From an archaeon (GTDB lineage: Archaea > Asgardarchaeota > Thorarchaeia > Thorarchaeales > Thorarchaeaceae), in contig JAJRWI010000059.1 of NCBI GenBank assembly GCA_024276825.1, forward strand, positions 1 through 23,541: 23,541 bases of DNA, written 5' to 3'. Numbering within the stretch: the stretch's first letter is position 1; each line of letters begins with the position of its first letter. The notes under the pieces were generated by a model. The model did not search any database and was not told where the DNA came from. It saw only the letters and a program-made list of their open reading frames with translations. A program made the translations under genes and the position numbers. Shown piece after piece: positions 7,787 to 15,923 of the stretch.

Positions 7787-8506
7787 ATGAAAGAAGTAAA
7801 GAAGATTTTCGAGAATGCACGTGCTGAAGGACGAGTATTTGTCTTGGAGAATGAGGCAAAAGACATTATGCGATCGTATGATATCCCAATTCCTCCATAT
7901 GCCACTGCATCCACAGCAGATGAGGCAGTTGAGAAGGCCAAACAGATAGGTCTGCCTGTGGTACTCAAGATATTGTCAAAGGACATTCTTCACAAGTCAG
8001 ACGCTGGAGGAGTCAAGATCAATCTGAAGACTGAGGATGATGTCCGTAAGGCATTTGAAGAGATAATGCAGAATGCAAAGAAGTATGGAGAGGAAAAGGG
8101 AATAGATGTTGATCTTTCGCGTGGTGTCTTCATCTCTGATTTTGCGGATATGGGAACAGAAGTCATCATTGGAGTTACAAAGGACCCGCAATTTGGGCAT
8201 GCACTCATGTTTGGTCTTGGGGGCATATTTGTCGAGATACTGAAGGATGTGACATTCAGACTGATTCCTTTGACAGAAAATGATGCCAGAGAAATGATTC
8301 GGGAGATCAAGGCTGCCAAGATTCTTGATGGCATCAGGGGCGAGAAACCCAGAGACACTGATGCATTGGTTGACATAATCATGAAAGTGTCCAAGATGGT
8401 GAATGAAAACCCTGAGATTATAGAACTCGATTGTAACCCAACATTTGTCTATGAACAGGGAAAGGGTGCCTTGGTTGTGGACGCCAGGATAATAATCAGC
8501 GAGTAG
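7787..8506 (+). CDS. acdB: Acetate/acyl-CoA ligase (ADP-forming) beta subunit (ATP-grasp)
   Basis: PVVLKILSKDILHKSDAGGV, DPQFGHALMFGLGGIFVEILKDV, ELDCNP and VVDARI. Directly follows acdA. Confidence 0.93.
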   Translation: MKEVKKIFENARAEGRVFVLENEAKDIMRSYDIPIPPYATASTADEAVEKAKQIGLPVVLKILSKDILHKSDAGGVKINLKTEDDVRKAFEEIMQNAKKYGEEKGIDVDLSRGVFISDFADMGTEVIIGVTKDPQFGHALMFGLGGIFVEILKDVTFRLIPLTENDAREMIREIKAAKILDGIRGEKPRDTDALVDIIMKVSKMVNENPEIIELDCNPTFVYEQGKGALVVDARIIISE

Positions 8507-8519
8507 TATTGTGAAAGGA

Positions 8520-9716
8520 CTATACGTTGGAAATAATCTGGTTAACCAGTATTAATCCCCGTTTGATATCATAATATCCCAAGGAAGAATCAGACTCCTT
8601 AGTGAGTGCACTTACAAGGAGTGTCAGTGACACAATCTGAGACACCAGACGGGGATGCTGCAGCAGAAACTCTTTGTTCCCCACTGATGTGATAATTAAT
8701 GACTCAATCCTACGACTAAGCAGACTGATTCGTTCATCAACCTCTGGTAGAAACTTGAGCATTTTGAAGATTTCTAGAACTCTTTGTTCATTAGCAAGTG
8801 AGCTGGGAGATATTCCAATACTGTTTAGTAGATCGATGGCCTTTGCGGTGAGCATCTCATAATACGTGCCATCCACATGTTCAATTCCCTCCTTAGCAGC
8901 CACAATTCTGACCAGAAATCGAATTGCATCGGTGAGCACATTTCTTGTTATTCTTGGATTTGATGGCAGTGTTTTAGATAGCATTTCACTGTTGTTAAGT
9001 TCAAGGTGTGCGGCAGTTGATGAGTTCAATTGGTGCTCAAACTCAGAAGATAGTATAACATCAGCAAGACAAGGAATAATAGAACTGGTACAGATCTGAC
9101 GGATTGCAGTCAGTGAACGAAAGTCTTCACGTGGTGTATAGAACAGAAGCACCCGAATAATGTCATAGGCCCTCTCAAAGTCCTCCTCATTGGTCACGTT
9201 TCGTCCCTGATTCTTACAGATAAATGCGCTTAGTAGGACCCAAGATGATGATATTGCGTCGGTGAGTTCGGAGTAATCGTTAGACTCTAGTATATCTTGA
9301 TCGTCTAGGAATCGGGAGAGGCGGTCCAACGACCCTGAGATTCTACTCAAGGTCAGACTCCCAATCTGCACTGAATTGAGGGATGAGAGAAAGTTCCGTG
9401 GATCATGAGATGAGGGACGAATGGTAATGTAAGGGTCTTTTCGTGTCAGGAGCCACCACTTTGTGGTTGAGGTGAAAATGTCAAGGAGGTCTATTGATGT
9501 TGTGAGATCTAAAACATCAACATGGCTCTTGTTGTCTAAATAGGCAAACAATTTTGCAAAAAGAGAGATGAATTTGTCGAGGAGTGTTGATAGAGGTTGA
9601 CCGTTAATCATCACCTTGGTGTATCTGCCGACTACAGACTCTACCTTTGATTTGACAATTGGATCCATGTTGGTATGAATGATCCCAAGGTAGACATCAA
9701 GAGTCTTTCTGGACAA
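8520..9716 (-). CDS. Hypothetical helical protein with ~4 internal ~100-aa repeats resembling AAA+ lid / histone-fold helices
   Basis: 398-aa ORF with TTG start and AGGAG SD. Internal repeat LTDAI at aa 151 and 261. Each unit ends in a motif like CKNQGRNVTNEEDFERAYDII. No Walker A/B motifs. Confidence 0.75.
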   Translation of the reverse strand: MSRKTLDVYLGIIHTNMDPIVKSKVESVVGRYTKVMINGQPLSTLLDKFISLFAKLFAYLDNKSHVDVLDLTTSIDLLDIFTSTTKWWLLTRKDPYITIRPSSHDPRNFLSSLNSVQIGSLTLSRISGSLDRLSRFLDDQDILESNDYSELTDAISSSWVLLSAFICKNQGRNVTNEEDFERAYDIIRVLLFYTPREDFRSLTAIRQICTSSIIPCLADVILSSEFEHQLNSSTAAHLELNNSEMLSKTLPSNPRITRNVLTDAIRFLVRIVAAKEGIEHVDGTYYEMLTAKAIDLLNSIGISPSSLANEQRVLEIFKMLKFLPEVDERISLLSRRIESLIITSVGNKEFLLQHPRLVSQIVSLTLLVSALTKESDSSLGYYDIKRGLILVNQIISNV

Positions 9717-9808
9717 GATATTGTTCTCCTGAAAATGATATGGATGATGACCTCACTGATTCTAGTGACAATTGTCATTAACATATAAAACGTGTGAGGG
9801 CGCTGGTA

Positions 9809-10576
9809 TTATTTTCCGAATCGTCTTGATCTGCGTTCATACGACCTCAATGCTCTCCAAATGTCAATTCGCCTGACTGCAGGCCAGTATATCTGAGCAA
9901 AGTAGAGTTCGGAATATGCAGACTGCCATAAGAGAAAACCTGACAGGCGTTCCTCTCCAGATGTTCGAATTATCAGGTCTGGGTCTGGGATGCCATTTGT
10001 GTATAGATGTTGTTCAATCAGTTCTTCATCGATGTCATCAGGGTCGACCTGACCCCCCTTGATCTTCTCACCAATTGCGCGCACAGCGTCCACAAGTTCG
10101 GCACGACCAGAGTATCCTATGGCGACATTAAGGACATGATCAGAGTATTGTCTGGTTTCAATCTCAGCGGCACGAATTGCCTCTTGCACATCTTCAGGTA
10201 GAAGGTCCACTCGACCAATTGCATTGATTCTCACCTTGTGACGATGAACATCGGGATTGTTTACGACCTCCGAGAACTTTTCCTTTGCCAGTCTCATGAT
10301 TTCTTCTACTTCAGCATGGTCGCGTTGAAAATTCTCGATTGAGAATGCATAGAGCGTGCATACTTTAACACCAGCTTCCCATAGAACACGTAGGACTTCC
10401 ATGATCTTCTGAGCGCCCTTGCGATGCCCAAACCAAGGTGCATTAAGACCATGCTCACGTGCATAGCGACGGTTTCCATCAAGAACCAGTCCCACATGAC
10501 GAGGTGCCCGTTCCTTATTCAGCTGTCTGAACAGCCACCACTCATATAATCGATAAACTGGCCCTGAGAAATTCAA
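9809..10576 (-). CDS. uppS: cis-prenyltransferase (undecaprenyl/polyprenyl diphosphate synthase)
   Basis: PRHVGLVLDGNRRYA, TLYAFSIENFQR and PDPDLIIRTSGEERLSGFLLWQSAYSELYF, ending RRFGK. TTG start with GGTGA SD. Confidence 0.96.
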   Translation of the reverse strand: MNFSGPVYRLYEWWLFRQLNKERAPRHVGLVLDGNRRYAREHGLNAPWFGHRKGAQKIMEVLRVLWEAGVKVCTLYAFSIENFQRDHAEVEEIMRLAKEKFSEVVNNPDVHRHKVRINAIGRVDLLPEDVQEAIRAAEIETRQYSDHVLNVAIGYSGRAELVDAVRAIGEKIKGGQVDPDDIDEELIEQHLYTNGIPDPDLIIRTSGEERLSGFLLWQSAYSELYFAQIYWPAVRRIDIWRALRSYERRSRRFGK

Positions 10577-10651
10577 ATTGCATTCACCGCTTGTGTGTTG
10601 AAATTATGATTTGTATATAGATTTGGTGAATGATGAATTATAGTGATAGGA

Positions 10652-11023
10652 TCATATCATCTTTGCTATCTTCTCAGCAGCACGTTTCATATCAAGGAAT
10701 ATAAGTCCAAGTTTTGCATTTGCAGTGGTTGAAACAGTTAGACATGCATTCATGCCCGCCTGGACCACAAGCAGCCAGCCGTCTTCCCCCTTAACATTCA
10801 CCTGTTCTAGAGTTCCCTTTCCGAGTTCAATTGCCGCCTTTTCCCCAAGTGTCAACATTGCAGCTGTCATGGCTGCGACTTTGGCCTCATCAACATCATT
10901 TGGAAGAGCTGACACGATTGGGAGGCCTTCCACACTGACAATTGCACATGCCTCAATCTCGGGTATACTACCTTGTAGTTCTTTCAAAACTCCTTCTAGT
11001 GTGTCTCCACGTGTTTCGGTCAT
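10652..11023 (-). CDS. Roadblock/LC7 domain protein (MglB-like), directly downstream of mglA
   Basis: IEACAIVSVEGLPIVS, AAMTAAMLTLGEKAAIELGKGTLEQVNVKG and LGLIFLDMKR. AGGTGAGG SD 10 nt after the mglA stop region. Confidence 0.92.
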   Translation of the reverse strand: MTETRGDTLEGVLKELQGSIPEIEACAIVSVEGLPIVSALPNDVDEAKVAAMTAAMLTLGEKAAIELGKGTLEQVNVKGEDGWLLVVQAGMNACLTVSTTANAKLGLIFLDMKRAAEKIAKMI

Positions 11024-11033
11024 CAGGCCTCAC

Positions 11034-11603
11034 CTATTTATACATCCTTCTAAGAATTACCTCTCTAGCTATAGCTTGAAATGCCCTCTTAACTCCTACG
11101 CCTTGTATAGCAATTGTTTCATATATCGGAACATTCTCTCCAAGGCCTAAGAGATCCAACATTTCTTGACGTGACATTCTGTTTGGAAGATCGCGTTTGT
11201 TCAACATCACCACAATTGGAATCTCGCGTCCCAATGCGTCTCCAAGGAAGAGCTTGAGTTCCTCAAAACTCTCAACATTCTCTTCTCTCTGATCAGGAGA
11301 TGAGTCAGCAACAAAGAGAATACCATCCGTACCTTGCAACACCACTTTTCTCTGGTGCCTGTGCCTTTTCTGACCTGCTACTGTGAACACATCAAAAAGA
11401 ACCCTACCTCCAGCACTCATGGGCACATAGTCAAAGAACAGCGTTCGGTTAGTTTCATCTTCGATTGATGTAAACTCGCCTTTCTGGAGTCCCTCTACAC
11501 GGCCATACAACCAACGCAGGGCAGTGGTCTTACCGCCCAGTGAGGGGCCATAGAATACCAGTTTCAGATGGATTCTGCCCTTGTCATCTTTTCTCATATA
11601 CAA
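11034..11603 (-). CDS. mglA: MglA-family small GTPase
   Basis: KLVFYGPSLGGKTT (G1), RTLFFD (MglA-specific G2 with catalytic Arg), TVAGQ (MglA G3 lacking Asp), GILFVADS, NKRDL (G4). Start is TTG 11603 or ATG 11597. Confidence 0.9.
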   Translation of the reverse strand: MYMRKDDKGRIHLKLVFYGPSLGGKTTALRWLYGRVEGLQKGEFTSIEDETNRTLFFDYVPMSAGGRVLFDVFTVAGQKRHRHQRKVVLQGTDGILFVADSSPDQREENVESFEELKLFLGDALGREIPIVVMLNKRDLPNRMSRQEMLDLLGLGENVPIYETIAIQGVGVKRAFQAIAREVILRRMYK

Positions 11604-11835
11604 CTATCACCTTTATAGAGTTCGAAGTGGATTTGGAATATGCTGAGCATCTTTTCATTAGAGATGTTGTGCATTCATGTTGCACCTCGATGAGTCGCTG
11701 CAGTTGCAGATCAGCAATGGCCCGAGTTTGGAGAGTGTCATCGGGATTTAAGTGTTTTAGGATTACACTCTCATAAAAGCCTTTGTGGCACAATTACCAA
11801 GGAGTTAACTCTATTTAAGATTATAATATAAACAA

Positions 11836-12518
11836 ATGGTTACCAGAATTGGGCAAGAAAAACCAATTAACACATTAGTGTGGATGGACATAAAATTGGA
11901 ACGACTTGAAAACAACCCAATAATCATAGTTGTTGTAGGGGAGGGTGATGTTGGAAAGAGCACTCTGATAAAATATCTCATCAGTGAAACATATGAACCT
12001 CATAAGATTACGATGGGAGTTGGTTTCGAGTTTCATAAGATGGAGATCAATGGTGAAGAGGTAGAATTTGCAATAAAGGATGCAGGTGCCTAGAAGAGGC
12101 TTAGATTCATGTTGCCCATGTGGACGAAAGGCGCCAAAGGGACTCTATTGGCCTTTGACTTGGGGAGATTCCATACATTCATGCATCTAGGTGATTGGTT
12201 AAAGATCTTAAGTGGATGTGTTAGCCCGAACAGGGTGTTGTTGATGGGCGCGAACGTAGACATTGGCGACGCAAGGGAGATTGACAGAGAAGAGGCAGAG
12301 AGATTTGCTAGAGAGAATGGACTGTTGGGGTTTCGCATAGATGCGTAGAGGTTGGACACCAATCAAAAGAACATCTAAGAGATCCACTATGAAATTGTGA
12401 GAAGTTTAAATGGTCTCATCGGAAACAATGGTCTGAAATGTGCCTACTGCCGTTCGTGGGCGGACAGGACTATTATGTCCAAGATTGTCCAATTTGTCCA
12501 ATTTACAATGAATGGTGA
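11836..12518 (+). pseudogene. Disrupted Ras/Rab-like small GTPase (in-frame TAG 12091, TAG 12346, TAA 12376; possible frameshifted C-terminal CxxC pair)
   Basis: One frame carries G1 VVVGEGDVGKST, G2 ITMGVGF, G3 KDAGA*KRLR, LLAFDL, degenerate G4 GANVD, REIDREEAERFARENGL and G5-like IDA*. The ORFs 11836..12093 and 12109..12348 are in the same frame. Confidence 0.75.
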
Positions 12519-12588
12519 TGCCTGCTTGGTTCAAAAAATTAATCGAGAAGCCTGAATCTCAATAGGTCAATATAATGGTGTGCCTTTC

Positions 12589-12617
12589 AAAATAGGGGAG
12601 GGGCGCTATTTTCCCCT
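12589..12617 (-). terminator. Possible hairpin/T-tract terminator after the roadblock pair
   Basis: AGGGGA...TCCCCT inverted repeat (12594-12599 / 12612-12617), followed on the minus strand by ATTTTG immediately after the stop codon. Confidence 0.35.
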
Positions 12618-13081
12618 CAGACTCTTTCCAGCTCCTCAAGGGCAGACTTTAGATCTTCCTCATCCAACTCGTCCTTTGAAGGAGCAAGTGGTTCAACTGC
12701 GAGGAATTTGTCCAGCTCTTCAGCCAACTGTACACCCTGTTTCTTCATCACAAGACGAATTAGACCAATGTTGACCTCAGCTTCAGTCACAACACATAAG
12801 ACTCCTTTGCCACAAGCAGATGCAAATATTTTGCCCTCTGAAAACTCTGAGGTGACAATCTCTAACTCCCCTATTTGCAGGTTTTTGCCTTGTTCCTCAC
12901 TGGCACAAAAGACAGCACTGGCTATCGCACCGATTGAATCCGTGTCTACAGCGTAATAGGACAACTTTGACACATTGGCGATTGTCAGGCCAGTCTTATC
13001 AACCAGTATGACTTTCTTCACACCCTTGTCTTGGCGTATGATATCTGTCAGGATTCTATCAAAGACTTTGGGATCGCTCAT
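12617..13081 (-). CDS. Roadblock/LC7 domain protein with acidic C-terminal helical extension
   Basis: GVKKVILVDKTGLTIA, IGAIASAVFCASEEQGKNLQIGELEIVTSEFSEGKIF and NIGLIRLVMKK. Tail PSKDELDEEDLKSALEELERV. AGGAG SD. Confidence 0.88.
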   Translation of the reverse strand: MSDPKVFDRILTDIIRQDKGVKKVILVDKTGLTIANVSKLSYYAVDTDSIGAIASAVFCASEEQGKNLQIGELEIVTSEFSEGKIFASACGKGVLCVVTEAEVNIGLIRLVMKKQGVQLAEELDKFLAVEPLAPSKDELDEEDLKSALEELERV

Positions 13082-13093
13082 AAAGCAACACTC

Positions 13094-13411
13094 CTAACTA
13101 CTCTTCAGGACTACTAGTATTAGATCCTCCTTTGGTGACGGTGCGATATTGATCTGGCCCTTTGTTGTGTCAAGGGTCAGGAATGATAAAGTCCCCTCTT
13201 TTAACTCTTCCACAGCATCAATGGCTTTGCCAACGAGGGAGGTTATTATTGCAGCAACATTCTCTGTGGTTTCGGGATCAAGGTCGCTGCTCAGTGGAAG
13301 CCCTTCCATGTTGGTGATTACTACACCACGGACTCCCTCCTGTGCCTTGAGTTTGGCAATTATTGTTTGGATTCTATCTTGGCTGTTCAAGCTTGGGGGT
13401 CTCCAATGCAT
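13094..13411 (-). CDS. Roadblock/LC7 domain protein (short, dynein light chain roadblock-like)
   Basis: LKAQEGVRGVVITNMEGLPLSSDLD...LSFLTLDTTKGQINIAP...LILVVL. Start uncertain (ATG 13411 or TTG 13390 after GGAG). Confidence 0.88.
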   Translation of the reverse strand: MHWRPPSLNSQDRIQTIIAKLKAQEGVRGVVITNMEGLPLSSDLDPETTENVAAIITSLVGKAIDAVEELKEGTLSFLTLDTTKGQINIAPSPKEDLILVVLKSS

Positions 13412-13587
13412 TTGATTTATGCACACACACTTCTTACCGCACGTGAAGGTATTTTAGACTTGTGGATATGCATTATGTGTTCTATGGTAAATTTGCGCAT
13501 TTCTAATGTTGTATTACATTTTTTGACGTATAACACTTTTGCATACCATTTGATTTCTTGATGACCAGATATGGTTTACAACAATAA

Positions 13588-15204
13588 TCATTCATCATCC
13601 TCATCATCAAACATCTGCTTTGACGTCTTCCGCATTCGTCGAATCTGTTCGGTGAAGAACATATCAGCAGCCCCAGATGATGAGCCCGCTGCTTTCATTT
13701 GTTGACTTGCAGTTTCCATTAATTGAATCTCATCATCAATAGCCATCTGAGCGCGGTCCAGTTCTTTACGTACTGGCGAGGGAGCAGACTTCGCCCTTCT
13801 CTTGAATGATTCCTTTAGGGCCTTCATTCTGCTCATACCTTTTTCTTCCCTTCCACTGAAAGCATCCTCACCAGCCTTTTGTGTGACAAATGTGGTACAG
13901 ACCGTGGGGTCTAATGATTCCATGATCTCATCCTCAGCTTGTGCGACTTTCATCTTTTCAGTGACAACGCGAAGCCTTCTGTTGCCCTCAAAGTCAGTAT
14001 ACTCAATCTGGACCTGAATTGGCACTTCAGATGAATCAATCTCAGTTTCGGGTTCGACTTCAAGATGTATCTCCTGATCTCTTCTAATGGTACCGAGCTG
14101 CCCCTTCATGGATGTCTGGAGTTGACTTACTACTGATGCAGAAACACCTGATGCATCAACAACTCTTATTCCAGGGGGTGTTATCAATCGAACAGTCACA
14201 TCGCGACCAAGAAGTTGAGCACCTGCAATTTCGGACAGACTCTCATCAAGTTCATTAGGGGTCACATAGTACATCTGCCCACCAGTGGCTTCGGGCATTA
14301 ATCCAAGCGTCCTTAGTTCCATTCCTGAACCAGAGGCAATCCCGACAACATCAAAGATAGTACTGTTACCCTTGAACATTTCACCAAGTTCTTGATAGAA
14401 TTGCCTTGCTGGAGGCACTTGGAACCCTTCAAGAGAACCAATTCCAATATTTGCAAGACCATCAGTCAATAGGACAACACGTTCAACCGACTTGAGTTTT
14501 GCAATTGTGAGCGCCATTACTACTGCAGGACCAAGGGCAGTCCCACCGCCAGCAGCAAAACCCTGAATTGTATCTTTAATTTTCGACCTATTAGGACCAA
14601 TGGGAACCAGTCCAATATCATCGAGCAACTGTTTTGTGGTAGTTTCAATCTTTTCACGACTTTGAAATACATCTTCGGATAGATCAACATAATTGCCAGT
14701 GATCATGTTGATAGCATATACTTGACTTGAGAATGCAATTAGTCCAAACAATGTGTCAGGGGAATTCTCTGCAAGACTCTCAACAGTTCCAATAAGGCTG
14801 CGTTTCACTGCTGCCAAATTTGCACCTGACATTGAGCCAGAAACATCAATCAGGGCAAGAAGGGCATTTCCACCAATGACGGCCACTCCAGTTGATTCAT
14901 CAGTGGTTTCTGGGACGTGAAGCACAACATCACTATCAGCGTCTGCAAGAATTATTTCGCCTTCGATAACATTTAGTGTTCCACAAAACTTGCATACGAA
15001 ATGCTTTCCAATTTTGGGATCGTCTTTAATCAACTCTGCCTCTTGAAGAAATGCATTACATTTGAAACATGCAATTGGCTTGCCAGTTATGACTGCACCT
15101 GTGGACTCCAGCTCACTAAACTCCACACGGAGTACAAAGGGGATGTCACCCAATACCTTCTTTGATTTGGGAAAGGCCTTAGATGTGCTTTTTATTATAG
15201 GCAT
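13588..15204 (-). CDS. Sec23/Sec24-like protein (Zn finger + vWA trunk + beta-sandwich + C-terminal helical region)
   Basis: Zn finger KPIACFKCNAF...FVCKFCGTLN; vWA LIDVSGSM, GGTALGPAV, LLTDGLANIGIGSL, EATGGQMYY; beta-sandwich DVTVRLITPPGIRV...IQVQIEYTDFEGNRRLRVVT. Confidence 0.85.
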   Translation of the reverse strand: MPIIKSTSKAFPKSKKVLGDIPFVLRVEFSELESTGAVITGKPIACFKCNAFLQEAELIKDDPKIGKHFVCKFCGTLNVIEGEIILADADSDVVLHVPETTDESTGVAVIGGNALLALIDVSGSMSGANLAAVKRSLIGTVESLAENSPDTLFGLIAFSSQVYAINMITGNYVDLSEDVFQSREKIETTTKQLLDDIGLVPIGPNRSKIKDTIQGFAAGGGTALGPAVVMALTIAKLKSVERVVLLTDGLANIGIGSLEGFQVPPARQFYQELGEMFKGNSTIFDVVGIASGSGMELRTLGLMPEATGGQMYYVTPNELDESLSEIAGAQLLGRDVTVRLITPPGIRVVDASGVSASVVSQLQTSMKGQLGTIRRDQEIHLEVEPETEIDSSEVPIQVQIEYTDFEGNRRLRVVTEKMKVAQAEDEIMESLDPTVCTTFVTQKAGEDAFSGREEKGMSRMKALKESFKRRAKSAPSPVRKELDRAQMAIDDEIQLMETASQQMKAAGSSSGAADMFFTEQIRRMRKTSKQMFDDEDDE

Positions 15205-15376
15205 GTTTGATCACTCATGAGTTGGATTACAAGACATTAGGAACAGTTGAGTATTTGAGTTTCACTTGTCTAAATACAGAAGAGTGATTTATTACTAATG
15301 ATGTCGGAGAAGATTTAAGCAGTATAGACATTCAATGGACAATGGTTCAATAAGAACCTCATGGAGGAAATAACTG

Positions 15377-15742
15377 ATGGTTGACAAGGCCAAGATAGAG
15401 AAAGTGGTAGCCGAAACAATGGCCGCTAACGTGGACATTCAAGGAATTATTGTATGTGATGCAAAGGCAAATGTGATGTTTGCCCATACAATAACTGCTG
15501 ATGTTGATCACTCAGAGATTGCAGACCTCGCAGTAAAAATCGCTGCCAATTCAGCCCTTCTATCTACAAAACTTGACAAGGGCCAATTAAATGAGATTAG
15601 CATTGCCTCCGAGAAAGGGTTCATCTTGATTCTGGGGGATGTGAAGCTGGTTCTGGCGGGAATTGCGGGAGAGGGAGCTCGTGAGTCGCTAGGTCTGTTG
15701 CACATCGCTCTGAAACGAGCACTTCGCGCCATGGTTTCCTAG
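15377..15742 (+). CDS. Roadblock/LC7 (profilin-like fold) protein
   Basis: IQGIIVCDAKANVM, LDKGQLNEISIASEKGFILI and LGLLHIALKRA. GGAGG SD; TTTAAG box at 15314. Confidence 0.8.
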   Translation: MVDKAKIEKVVAETMAANVDIQGIIVCDAKANVMFAHTITADVDHSEIADLAVKIAANSALLSTKLDKGQLNEISIASEKGFILILGDVKLVLAGIAGEGARESLGLLHIALKRALRAMVS

Positions 15743-15923
15743 TAGAAGTTCGACATGAGTATCTTTTTGAATGAGTCTTAATTACGGTGACCGTACAACG
15801 ATATAATTCATATAATATGTAGGTAATACACCTGTGTTACCAATCAATAAGTTAGATTGTATCATGTGGATAATAGGGGCATAATGCCGCGCAATAGGAA
15901 AAATAAGAGAAGAGGTAAGTGTC

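Noticed and set aside
9729-9759. Second C/D-like element (CTGA..ATGATA..ATGATGA CCTCA CTGA)
   Set aside because: Only 5 nt separate the C and D boxes, and there is no guide-length spacer or convincing terminal stem. It overlaps the SD/leader of the minus-strand gene.
11540-11793. Short ORFs (78 aa +, 69 aa -) in the mglA/GTPase intergenic region
   Set aside because: No recognisable motif, they overlap the mglA start out of frame, and they have no clear SD. Only short palindromes were seen.
11836-12348. Genome-wide TAG reassignment
   Set aside because: acdB, mglA, two roadblock genes, scpB and the HEAT gene end at TAG at their expected C-termini.
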